DNA from: Nitrosopumilales archaeon | GTDB taxonomy: Archaea; Thermoproteota; Nitrososphaeria; Nitrososphaerales; Nitrosopumilaceae | NCBI GenBank assembly: GCA_007280335.1 | Contig: QYQE01000046.1 | Coordinates: forward strand, 1 to 32,000 | Length of the DNA: 32,000 nucleotides | Reading direction: 5' to 3' | Part shown: one piece after another, positions 1 to 8,220 of the stretch | How positions within the stretch are numbered: the stretch's first letter is position 1 | Layout of the letters: the number at the start of each line of letters is the position of its first letter | Notes under the pieces: generated by a model | What the model was told of the DNA's origin: nothing | The model's input: only the letters and a program-made list of their open reading frames with translations | The model's database searches: none | Position numbers and translations under genes: made by a program

Positions 1-134
1 CTAAAGTAGAAACTAAAGTAGAAGAGAAACCAAAAACAAAGAAAGAAGAAGAAAAAGTAGAAGAAAAACTAACAGCGAAGAAAGAAGAGAAACCTAAGGA
101 ATCAAAGTCTGATAAAAAGACAAAGAAAGATTAA
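1..134 (+). CDS. 3' end of a CDS entering from upstream of the window; Lys/Glu-rich low-complexity C-terminal tail
   Basis: Frame 3 is open from the window edge to TAA at 132..134 and reads KVETKVEEKPKTKKEEEKVEEKLTAKKEEKPKESKSDKKTKKD*. The repeated aaagtagaa units are coding. The body of the protein is outside the window, so identity is unknown. Confidence 0.35.
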   Translation, partial: KVETKVEEKPKTKKEEEKVEEKLTAKKEEKPKESKSDKKTKKD

Positions 135-136
135 TT

Positions 137-1090
137 CTATTCTATCTGTGTCAAGTTAAGATCTAATTTTATACTACATTCTGGTTCATCCCAGTCCAAC
201 ATGTTATGTTTTGGGATGAATCCGAGCGGATCGTATTTGTCAAACCTTGTCTCTCCATCTATCGACGTCAACAAAACAACTTTAGAACTTTCACCTGCCA
301 TGACCGAAAGACTTACTCTAGTGCTATCGTCATTGAAAATGCCGCTGATTGTATTTACCATGGAATTTAGCGTTCCTACGGAAACCTTGTTTCCACCCAT
401 TATGTACAACATTGTACTTTTGACACTGTTGGGCGGTGCATCCTCGTAAAGCATCTTGATAGAGTCTCTTAGGGATGTCTGTATGTCTTGGCCTTCTTTA
501 CTTGTAGAAAGAATGTTTGTTCTTAGTGGGAAGGATGTAGACTTTAACGATGAAACGACTTCAAGTAGGGCTGCATTTGTTATGGTATGGCATGTATCAG
601 GAGTAAGATCCGGGTTGCTGTCAAGTAAAGCATCATTATCTACTATTATGGTGCAGTCAGAGTTTGCCTTCAATCTCTTCAAAGATACACCTGAAAAGAA
701 GATTCTATCTTTTTCGAATTTGAATGGCATTATAGCAAAAGAAAGGACGCTCTTACCCATCTCTTTTGCAACCTGCGAGAGAATGGGTGCTAATGCAGCT
801 CCAGATTTTCCTGCCAAGTTTGCCATTATGACAATAGTGGAATAACCATCAATCTTTTCTCTAATACTATCAAGGGCACCAAATGACATGCCTCGTATTA
901 GATACGAAGATGGATTAAGAATCGGACTGGTATTAATCAAAATTTTAGAATTGCCAGAATTGAGGTCTTTTGGGTCATGGCTAATTAGAATACATTCTGA
1001 ACCAAGTGTCTCTTTGGCGTTTATTGCTAATTTGCATCCTGCTCCGCCTAATCCTACAACTAGGATAGGCTCCTTTATCTCAAATTCCAT
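137..1090 (-). CDS. ftsZ: Divergent FtsZ/tubulin-superfamily protein (thaumarchaeal FtsZ-like) with a degenerate GTP-binding signature
   Basis: 317 aa. The N-terminal strand plus T1 loop 'ILVVGLGGAGCKLA' resembles FtsZ 'GvGGgGgNA'. 'TIIVDNDALL' resembles FtsZ 'viPNdkL'. Where FtsZ has GGGTGTG the ORF has 'ANLAGKSGAALAPIL', and where FtsZ has NxDFAD it appears to have 'ITNAALLEV'. Confidence 0.7.
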   Translation of the reverse strand: MEFEIKEPILVVGLGGAGCKLAINAKETLGSECILISHDPKDLNSGNSKILINTSPILNPSSYLIRGMSFGALDSIREKIDGYSTIVIMANLAGKSGAALAPILSQVAKEMGKSVLSFAIMPFKFEKDRIFFSGVSLKRLKANSDCTIIVDNDALLDSNPDLTPDTCHTITNAALLEVVSSLKSTSFPLRTNILSTSKEGQDIQTSLRDSIKMLYEDAPPNSVKSTMLYIMGGNKVSVGTLNSMVNTISGIFNDDSTRVSLSVMAGESSKVVLLTSIDGETRFDKYDPLGFIPKHNMLDWDEPECSIKLDLNLTQIE

Positions 1091-1165
1091 GACTCTCTTT
1101 TGCTTACAAAATTAGTTAAAAAACTTTGTTGATTAGTTTTGATCCAAGCTTCGATCTAAATAATT

Positions 1166-2434
1166 TTAGCTTATGGCTTTACCATAAAGACCATGTTTTG
1201 TTGCTTTTGTGATCTCGACTTTGATTTTTTGTCCGATTTTTATGGCTTCATCAATAACTACGGGCTTGTAGGCAAAGTTTCTTCCTTTGGTGATACCATC
1301 AGCAATTTCATCAAACAAAACATCACCCCGCCAACCAACCCATTCCAGATTTCTCTCATGTATTATCTTATTTGTTAATTCAAAAATGATCTTACTTCGT
1401 CTTTTTACGTCAGAAACATCAATTTGATCCATTTTTGCAGCGTCTGTTCCTGGCCTAGCACTATATCTTGAGAGATTTGTTACATCAGGCCTTGTTTCTT
1501 CAATGAGATTTATTGTCTGTGCAAAGTCTTCCTCACTTTCAGATGGAAATCCTACTATGATATCTGTAGAAATGGTAAACCTTTCAAATTTTTTCCTAAA
1601 TGCATCATTTGTATCCCTAAACACATTTGCCGTATGGCCGCGTTTCATCTCTTTTAGAATCCGGTTACTTCCATTTTGTACTGGAATGTGAAGGAATTTG
1701 AAGACTTTGTCATTTTCAAAGGCTTCCAAGAGATCCTGCTTAATCCTTGTCATATACATAGGATTCATCATGCCTACTCTAATCATAAAATCATGTTTTA
1801 TCTCAGATACATTCTCAATAAGAGTAGGTAGGTTAGTTCCTATGTCAAAACCATAACAACCATTATCTGTTGATGTAAGCCATATTTCACTACACCCATC
1901 TTCAACATCGTGTTTTACCTGCCTTACAATATCTCCAATCCTATAGCTGTGTAACTCTCCTTTAGATAATTTGGTTTGACAAAAAGTACATTCGCTCATA
2001 CAGCCACTTGAAATTTCAACTATTCCTATCGCCGAATTCAATCTGACCTTTGGTAAACCAACTTTAGATACATCAGAGTCTGTAATCTCTATTCTCTTTA
2101 TTCCTTTTAGGGTAGAACTTATGACATCAAGAGTTTTTCCTAAAGAATTTGGACCAAGTAAACTAGCTTTTGGACTGAATCTTTCAACAGTGGATTGTTC
2201 TGCTTTAGGCAAACAACCAGCTACAACAAGTGGTTTTGTTTTCATTTTTTTAATTCTATGTATCATTTTGTGTGCAGTTACGTCTTTTACTGAACAAGTA
2301 ACAATAAGATTCAAGTCTGAATCCGATGAGCTCTGGGCAAGTGTATGACCCCCATTTAGAATCAAACCAGAAATCATTTCAGAGTCTGCAAAGCTTGCTG
2401 AACATCCATGAGCTTCAACCCAAATCTTTGCCAT
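1166..2434 (-). CDS. Radical-SAM methylthiotransferase, archaeal MiaB-like / MtaB (CDKAL1-type) tRNA-modifying enzyme
   Basis: 422 aa. N-terminal MTTase domain ('VEAHGCSASFADSE'), radical-SAM cluster motif 'CMSECTFC' (CxxxCxxC) and a C-terminal TRAM-like beta segment ('IKIGQKIKVEITKATKHGLYGKAI'). Confidence 0.85.
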   Translation of the reverse strand: MAKIWVEAHGCSASFADSEMISGLILNGGHTLAQSSSDSDLNLIVTCSVKDVTAHKMIHRIKKMKTKPLVVAGCLPKAEQSTVERFSPKASLLGPNSLGKTLDVISSTLKGIKRIEITDSDVSKVGLPKVRLNSAIGIVEISSGCMSECTFCQTKLSKGELHSYRIGDIVRQVKHDVEDGCSEIWLTSTDNGCYGFDIGTNLPTLIENVSEIKHDFMIRVGMMNPMYMTRIKQDLLEAFENDKVFKFLHIPVQNGSNRILKEMKRGHTANVFRDTNDAFRKKFERFTISTDIIVGFPSESEEDFAQTINLIEETRPDVTNLSRYSARPGTDAAKMDQIDVSDVKRRSKIIFELTNKIIHERNLEWVGWRGDVLFDEIADGITKGRNFAYKPVVIDEAIKIGQKIKVEITKATKHGLYGKAIS

Positions 2435-2436
2435 TT

Positions 2437-3831
2437 TTATCCCAAGAATGACTTTACTTCTTTTTCACTCATCAATCCTTTTGATATTACTAACTGTCTG
2501 ATGGTCTTGCCAGTTTTCAGAGATTCTTTGTATAGATCAGCAGATGTTTGATAGCCAAGTTTAGGTGAGAGTAGTGTTACTATTACTGGACTGTTCTCAA
2601 TATATTGTTGAAGCTTTTCTTTGTTTGCAGATAATCCATCAATCAAATTATGAGAATAAATGGGAACAAAATTTCTTAGCATATCCGTTGAATCTAAGAC
2701 AGACTTTAGCATTACAGGAAGCATTACGTTTAGCTCAAACTGTCCTGCTTGGGCTGCAAGTGCAACAGTAGAATCATTTCCAATTATACTAAAACAAATC
2801 ATGTTCATGCATTCTGCAAGCGATGGATTTACTTTGCCTGGCATTATGGAAGAACCTGCATGTACTGCAGGAATGCCAATTTCTGATAAGCCAGCAACTG
2901 GACCAGATGCCATCAACCTAATGTCGTTTGAAATTCTGCCAAGTTCAACTGCCAAATTTCTAAGGGTGGAAGACAGATTTGCCACTGCAAATTTGCTTTG
3001 TAATGAATACTGCATGTCCTGCTGAGGTTTTAATGATAATCTTGTAATCTTTGCAAGCTCTGCAATGACAATATTTCTATAACCTTTTGGAGTATTTGCA
3101 CCTGTTCCAACAGCGGTTCCACCTAATGCAACAAATTCAAGTTCTTTTTTTGCTGTAACCATTGTATCACGGGCTTTTGCAATTGCGGTTGCATATGCAG
3201 CAAACTCGCTACCCAAACTAACGGGTAGTGCATCCATAAGATGTGTTCTGCCGATTTTTTTATAACTGGAAAACTCTTTTGCTTTTTTTATCAGAATTTT
3301 TATCAATTCATCTAGTACCGGAATGACTTGATTAATGTTAAACAAAATTGAAACATGCATTGCAGTTGGGAATGTATCGTTACTTGACTGTGACATGTTT
3401 ACATGATCATTTGGATGTATTACTTCATAATTCCCTTTTTTCTTTCCAAATATTTCTAATGCAACATTTGCAATTACTTCATTGGTATTCATGTTAAATG
3501 CAGTTCCTGCACCAGAGTTTATTGCTTCAACGACAAACTGATCAAGATGTTTTCCTGAAAAAATTTTATCACAGGCTTTCACAATCGCATTTCCTTTCTT
3601 GGTATCCAAAGCTTTAGTTTTCATGTTAGCAACAGCAGCTGATCTTTTGATCATTACAAATGCCATGATCAAATAGGGATGAGCCCTCTGACCAGTCACA
3701 TGATATTGTTTGATAGCTCTAGCTGTAAAAGCTCCATAATATGCATCTGCGGGAATCTGAACTTCGCCTAAAGAATCTCTATCAGTTCTAAACCTCACGT
3801 GAGAGCTAGAATTAATTTTCCTAATATTCAT
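2437..3831 (-). CDS. Class II fumarase / aspartate ammonia-lyase family lyase (N-terminus looks more aspartase-like)
   Basis: 464 aa. Lyase_1 signature 'GSSIMPGKVNPS', N-terminal 'DSLGEVQIPADAYYGAFTARA', and 'TGANTPKGY'. I cannot separate fumarase from aspartase by eye. Confidence 0.85.
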   Translation of the reverse strand: MNIRKINSSSHVRFRTDRDSLGEVQIPADAYYGAFTARAIKQYHVTGQRAHPYLIMAFVMIKRSAAVANMKTKALDTKKGNAIVKACDKIFSGKHLDQFVVEAINSGAGTAFNMNTNEVIANVALEIFGKKKGNYEVIHPNDHVNMSQSSNDTFPTAMHVSILFNINQVIPVLDELIKILIKKAKEFSSYKKIGRTHLMDALPVSLGSEFAAYATAIAKARDTMVTAKKELEFVALGGTAVGTGANTPKGYRNIVIAELAKITRLSLKPQQDMQYSLQSKFAVANLSSTLRNLAVELGRISNDIRLMASGPVAGLSEIGIPAVHAGSSIMPGKVNPSLAECMNMICFSIIGNDSTVALAAQAGQFELNVMLPVMLKSVLDSTDMLRNFVPIYSHNLIDGLSANKEKLQQYIENSPVIVTLLSPKLGYQTSADLYKESLKTGKTIRQLVISKGLMSEKEVKSFLG

Positions 3832-3907
3832 TCGCTTTTCAAAAATTACAAAAATTAATACAATATTTCAAATAAGTTGAGTTGTTTTCTATCCATTTCC
3901 CAATAGG

Positions 3908-3915
3908 TTAATATA
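3908..3915 (+). promoter_or_regulatory. Candidate archaeal TATA box for the NirK-like gene
   Basis: 'ttaatata' lies 24-31 bp upstream of the ATG at 3939. This spacing is typical of leaderless or very short-leader archaeal mRNAs. Confidence 0.4.
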
Positions 3916-3938
3916 CTTAAAATAGAACATTCGAGACG

Positions 3939-5273
3939 ATGAACAGACGATACAGTATACTCTCTATTGCCGCAGTTGTGGCAGTAGCAGGAATATTGTT
4001 CGCTAGTACGTATTCACAGTCAGAAATGACTGCAACAAAATACAGAGTTTCTACAGTACAGGATAATTTGGTCCAAAAAATCAATGATATGGGCGGAATT
4101 GCATTACAAATGCCAACTGCATTTGCTCAAATCCCTCTAGATCAAATTGATTCAATGGTACAACAGGGACGTCATGTAGTGGAAGTCCAATTGACAGCAC
4201 AAAGTGTTGACTTGCCCATAATGGGCGGTGGAAAATACCACGCAATGACCTTTAACGGTCAAGTCCCAGCTCCAACAGTAAGAGCTACACAAGGAGACAT
4301 TATCAAAATGACTCTCACTGTGCCATCAACCGAATTAACTGCACATGGAAACGATATGCACACATCTCAAATATCTGCAACAAACTTTGGTGCAGTTAAA
4401 CCAGGAGAATCCAAAACATTTGCTTATGTTGCCGAAGTACCTGGTACATTCAAGTACCACTGCTCAGGTGTCAATGTAGCTGCAATGGATCAACACGTCC
4501 TTTCAGGAATGTATGGATTAGCAATCGTTGATCCACTGAATGGATACCACAATCTCTTGGTTACAAAGACCAAAGTAGTTAATGGCCAAGTAGTGTTAGA
4601 CAGACAAATTGTTCCGGCAGATGCTAAAGAATTTGTGTTAGAGTACAACCAATTGTACTTGACCGCAGATGGTAGCTATGACCAACAAGCAATGTTTGAT
4701 CACAAAACAACACAAACTGTTGTTAACGGATTCGCATTTGGATATACTCCAAACGGAGACATTAACAAATTGGTCAAAGGCGACGCAAAACAGAACATCT
4801 TTGTAGCACAGCCTTGGAATGATGCATCACTAAAACAATATCAAGGACACCCGTTGTTTGTTGATACAGGTGTTCACTACAGAATCTTTGTTGAGAACCA
4901 GGGTAACATGCCCGTATTCTTCCACATAGTCGGTGAAATACTCGACCGTGTAACACAAGGAAATGTAGTACAAGCTCAGGGAACTGAAACTTGGAACATT
5001 GGTGGCTCACAAGGTGCAATAGTAGATATCGTATTTGACAATCCAGGTGCATATGTTGCGGTTAATCATGACTATGCAGCAATCTTCAGTGGCGCAGCAA
5101 CAGTATTTGTTGCAGGTGACCCATTCAAATTGGGATACGGTCCAGGCGATATGCCAAACCCATCTGATGCGGTTCCTCCATTAGGCAAGAATAGCATTCC
5201 ACAAAAGGAAGTTGTTCACTGTCTATGTACTGACGATCAAGCAGCAACTATAGCAAAACAAATCGGTGGTTAA
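3939..5273 (+). CDS. nirK: NirK-like copper-containing nitrite reductase / two-domain multicopper protein with N-terminal membrane anchor or signal
   Basis: 444 aa. N-terminal hydrophobic segment 'ILSIAAVVAVAGILFAS'. Copper-ligand motifs in NirK order: 'AHGNDMH' (HNxDFH-like), 'YHCSGVNVAAMDQHVLSGMYG' (HC...H....M) and a second-domain 'VNHDYAA'. A C-terminal extension contains 'HCLC'. Confidence 0.75.
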   Translation: MNRRYSILSIAAVVAVAGILFASTYSQSEMTATKYRVSTVQDNLVQKINDMGGIALQMPTAFAQIPLDQIDSMVQQGRHVVEVQLTAQSVDLPIMGGGKYHAMTFNGQVPAPTVRATQGDIIKMTLTVPSTELTAHGNDMHTSQISATNFGAVKPGESKTFAYVAEVPGTFKYHCSGVNVAAMDQHVLSGMYGLAIVDPLNGYHNLLVTKTKVVNGQVVLDRQIVPADAKEFVLEYNQLYLTADGSYDQQAMFDHKTTQTVVNGFAFGYTPNGDINKLVKGDAKQNIFVAQPWNDASLKQYQGHPLFVDTGVHYRIFVENQGNMPVFFHIVGEILDRVTQGNVVQAQGTETWNIGGSQGAIVDIVFDNPGAYVAVNHDYAAIFSGAATVFVAGDPFKLGYGPGDMPNPSDAVPPLGKNSIPQKEVVHCLCTDDQAATIAKQIGG

Positions 5274-5284
5274 AACCCCAAAAT

Positions 5285-5304
5285 CTTCTTTTTTGTTTTT
5301 ATTT
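5285..5304 (+). terminator. Oligo-T tract, candidate archaeal terminator downstream of the NirK-like gene
   Basis: 'cttcttttttgtttttattt' begins 12 bp after the stop codon. Archaeal RNAP terminates at oligo-T runs. Confidence 0.3.
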
Positions 5305-5312
5305 CACACAAT

Positions 5313-5320
5313 GATTATAT
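5313..5320 (+). promoter_or_regulatory. Candidate TATA box for the SerA-like gene
   Basis: 'gattatat' lies 24-31 bp upstream of the ATG at 5344. Confidence 0.35.
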
Positions 5321-5343
5321 TCTGTACTTGATGGTTTTCTTGC

Positions 5344-6276
5344 ATGTCTATGAATCAATCCGTACTAATTTGTGATCAGGTTGCACCAATTTTAAATAAT
5401 ATCTTACAAAAAAATGGTCTGCAAATCACATACGAGCCTGAAATTACTCCAGATCAAATCAAAGAAAAGATTAGTAACTTTGACATTGTTGTAGTCAGAA
5501 GCAGAACCAAGATTACAAAAGAAATGATTGATAGAGCAAACAAATGTAAAATAATTGCACGAGTAGGCGTAGGACTTGATAACATCGATGTAGATGCAGC
5601 AAAGACAAAGGGAATTCGCGTCATCAATGCAGTAGAAGGTGCAATGAATGCAGTAGCAGAACTTGTTTTAGGATTAATGCTTTCACTAGCTAGAGAAATT
5701 CCAAGAGCTGACAGAGAAATTCGAAATGGAAAGTGGTTAAAAAAAGAACTAATGGGAACTGAGCTTTCTGGAAAATATCTTGGAATTGTTGGACTTGGGA
5801 ACATAGGAAAAAAACTTGCCAAACATGCAAGAGCGCTAAATATGAATATCATTGGATATGATGTAATTCCAATATCTGATGATTTTTCGCGCGAAGTAGG
5901 ACTAATAAAAGCAGATCTTGATACCCTAATTTCAAGTGCAGATTACATTTCTTTTCATGTTCCATTTACAGAAAGCACGCATCATCTAGTAAACTCACAA
6001 CTACTTGCAAAGATGAAAAAGAATGCATGTCTTATCAACACATCTAGGGGAGAAATAATAGATGAGAATGCATTGTATGATGCACTAAAAGAAGGAAAAA
6101 TTGCAGGTGCTGCCTTGGATGTTTTTGAATCTGAACCTGCCACTGGAAATAAACTTGCAACACTGCCAAATGTAATCTGTACTCCTCACATAGGATCTCA
6201 GACAAAGGAAGCTCAGGCTTTAGCTGCAAATGTTATAGCAGAAAAGATAATAATGATTCTTCGTGGCGTTATATAG
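5344..6276 (+). CDS. serA: D-3-phosphoglycerate dehydrogenase-like D-isomer-specific 2-hydroxyacid dehydrogenase (short form, no ACT domain)
   Basis: 310 aa. Rossmann motif 'GIVGLGNIGKKLA'. 'RVGVGLDNIDVDAA', 'INTSRGEIIDENALYDALKEGKIAGAALDVFESEP' and 'TPHIGSQTKEAQ' are collinear with PGDH sequences. Confidence 0.75.
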   Translation: MSMNQSVLICDQVAPILNNILQKNGLQITYEPEITPDQIKEKISNFDIVVVRSRTKITKEMIDRANKCKIIARVGVGLDNIDVDAAKTKGIRVINAVEGAMNAVAELVLGLMLSLAREIPRADREIRNGKWLKKELMGTELSGKYLGIVGLGNIGKKLAKHARALNMNIIGYDVIPISDDFSREVGLIKADLDTLISSADYISFHVPFTESTHHLVNSQLLAKMKKNACLINTSRGEIIDENALYDALKEGKIAGAALDVFESEPATGNKLATLPNVICTPHIGSQTKEAQALAANVIAEKIIMILRGVI

Positions 6277-6278
6277 AA

Positions 6279-7022
6279 TTGGCATACTTGAAATTATTTC
6301 TGCCGGTATTTTTTCTACTAGGCTTATCTTTTGTTTCGGTGTTTGGTGATACTGGTAGTACCACTGTTGTATCTGGTAAATCATTTCAAATCAACTATGA
6401 CGCAAATTATGTTCAGGTTCTTAGTGCACAAGCAAATACGCAAGATCAAGGACTGATTTTTTCAATTCAAGTTACTAATCCTACATCTACATTGGAGTTA
6501 ACGCTTCCTAGGGAACTAATTGATGCTACGAAAAAAGATGGCAGTGATGATAGTTTTATTGTACTATCTGATGGAGCATTTACTTCGTATGTGGAAAAAA
6601 GCTCAGATAAAACAAGTAGAACAATTCTGATTCAACTTGCCCCTGAAAACAAAGAACTAGAGATTATTGGAACTAGTCTTGCAAGCTCAGGTAATGGTGG
6701 TGCTGGTACAACACAAACTCCATCTTCACCTACGCAAACTCCAATTCCAAGCCCTACTCAACAACAACCAAATCAAACTTCACAACAACAAAATCAGACT
6801 TCTATTCCTGCACAAAAACCAACTGCAAATGCACCTGCACAAAACCTATCTGTACAAGAACTTCTTTCAAAGATATTTCATTTCACGTTACCAAATTTAC
6901 CTTTCAATGTTGCTGATAAACAGATGATAGAATATTTGGTAATAGCGGCTGCAATTTTAATTCTAATTATAGTGATTGCATCATCAAAGAAATCAAAAAC
7001 AAAAAAACAAATTCGTAAATAG
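6279..7022 (+). CDS. Exported surface protein: signal peptide, beta-rich module, Pro/Thr/Gln-rich linker, C-terminal TM anchor with Lys-rich tail
   Basis: 247 aa with a TTG start. Signal-like 'LKLFLPVFFLLGLSFVSVFG', linker 'TTQTPSSPTQTPIPSPTQQQPNQTSQQQNQTS' with N-x-S/T sequons, and C-terminal 'YLVIAAAILILIIVIASSKKSKTKKQIRK'. Confidence 0.6.
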   Translation: MAYLKLFLPVFFLLGLSFVSVFGDTGSTTVVSGKSFQINYDANYVQVLSAQANTQDQGLIFSIQVTNPTSTLELTLPRELIDATKKDGSDDSFIVLSDGAFTSYVEKSSDKTSRTILIQLAPENKELEIIGTSLASSGNGGAGTTQTPSSPTQTPIPSPTQQQPNQTSQQQNQTSIPAQKPTANAPAQNLSVQELLSKIFHFTLPNLPFNVADKQMIEYLVIAAAILILIIVIASSKKSKTKKQIRK

Positions 7023-7026
7023 AAAA

Positions 7027-7659
7027 TCAGACTGTCATAATTTTAGCTTTAATGAGGTATTGTATTGCTAATCCGAAATCATTATCTGAGATAAGATCAT
7101 CTGACCACCACTTTGAATTATTTTTGAACCAAGTTGGTATGTGTATTAAATTTGTTGTCTGATCATGGTAGTTTGTAACTTTGATTATATCGGTATGTAT
7201 CAATTCACGAATCAAACCTGCATAGTCATTATCTGTCGCACTTCCTTGTAACCATGTTTTTACTAGTATCTTGTATTCTGTTGGAATTGCAATTTTGTCT
7301 GAATCTATCAGATCGAAATAAACACTGGCTTTGATGCCAGAGTACTCTGCATCTATGCTATATTTTCCAGGACTATAATTTGTCTTGTAAAAGGGATATG
7401 GTGAAGTTATAGTGTAATTTAATTTGTTTATTTGAATATTGATTGGCACACTAGTCTTTCCAGAACCATCCACAACGTGGATAATTATTGGTTGGCCAGT
7501 TAATTCTGATACTCTAAATGTGATAGAAAGAAAGTCTCCATATTCGTAAGTCTGTTTGCTTGTAGAAATTGCTAGAGATGATGTTGCAAAACTATGTTGC
7601 AAACCAATAACCAATAATCCTAATGAAACAATCAAAATGATCTTTCCAAACCATGCCAT
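7027..7659 (-). CDS. Exported protein of unknown function with a tandem C-terminal ~37-aa 'IPTW..K.WW...ISDNDF...IQYLIK' motif
   Basis: 210 aa. N-terminal signal or anchor 'GKIILIVSLGLLVIGLQHSFA', followed by two C-terminal repeats (residues 125-161 and 174-210). Confidence 0.6.
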   Translation of the reverse strand: MAWFGKIILIVSLGLLVIGLQHSFATSSLAISTSKQTYEYGDFLSITFRVSELTGQPIIIHVVDGSGKTSVPINIQINKLNYTITSPYPFYKTNYSPGKYSIDAEYSGIKASVYFDLIDSDKIAIPTEYKILVKTWLQGSATDNDYAGLIRELIHTDIIKVTNYHDQTTNLIHIPTWFKNNSKWWSDDLISDNDFGLAIQYLIKAKIMTV

Positions 7660-7731
7660 AAGGAGTAAAAAAAACCATTTTCATAAATAGGCTTCTTTGA
7701 GGTTTAATGTTCAACACTAGGTTTCTAACAG

Positions 7732-7739
7732 AATATTAA
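7732..7739 (+). promoter_or_regulatory. Candidate TATA box for rpl15e
   Basis: 'aatattaa' lies 23-30 bp upstream of the ATG at 7762. This suggests the true start is ATG 7762 rather than GTG 7753. Confidence 0.35.
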
Positions 7740-7752
7740 GGGGAATTTAGTA

Positions 7753-8220
7753 GTGCCGTTTATGATTAGCCATCAGGATCAAACTTGGTTGAAGATGTGG
7801 CAGGAAAACTCTCCTGAACTGAGAGCAAAAGCAGTAGAATGGAGAAAACAAAATGCACTTACTAGAATAGATCGACCAAGCAGGATACAAAAGGCAAGAA
7901 GACTTGGATACAAGGCAAAACAAGGCATAGTTGTTGTAAGAATGCGCGTAGGTAGAGGAAACATGCGCAAGAAAAGACCAGTAGCAGGAAGAAGACCAAA
8001 GCACCTTGGTGTTACAAGAATAAAACCAGATGTTTCCATGCAACAAGTTGCAGAACGTCGTGTACTTGAAAGATTTCCAAACATGAGACTTCTTGGCTCA
8101 TACTATCTCTATAAAGATGGAATTTATCTTTGGTATGAAATAATTATGGCAGACCCATCACATCCGAGAATTTCTAAAGATAAGGAAATGCGCGGTAAGA
8201 TTGCCGGTTTGAAGAATTGA
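7753..8220 (+). CDS. rpl15e: 50S ribosomal protein L15e (start possibly ATG at 7762)
   Basis: 155 aa. 'RIQKARRLGYKAKQGIVVVRMRVGRGNMRKKRPVAGRRPKHLGV' is the characteristic L15e basic core. Confidence 0.9.
   Translation: MPFMISHQDQTWLKMWQENSPELRAKAVEWRKQNALTRIDRPSRIQKARRLGYKAKQGIVVVRMRVGRGNMRKKRPVAGRRPKHLGVTRIKPDVSMQQVAERRVLERFPNMRLLGSYYLYKDGIYLWYEIIMADPSHPRISKDKEMRGKIAGLKN

Noticed and set aside
201-1115. Plus-strand ORFs 201..449, 456..845 and 888..1115
   Set aside because: All are antisense to the FtsZ-like CDS, which has recognisable family motifs. The plus-strand products have none.
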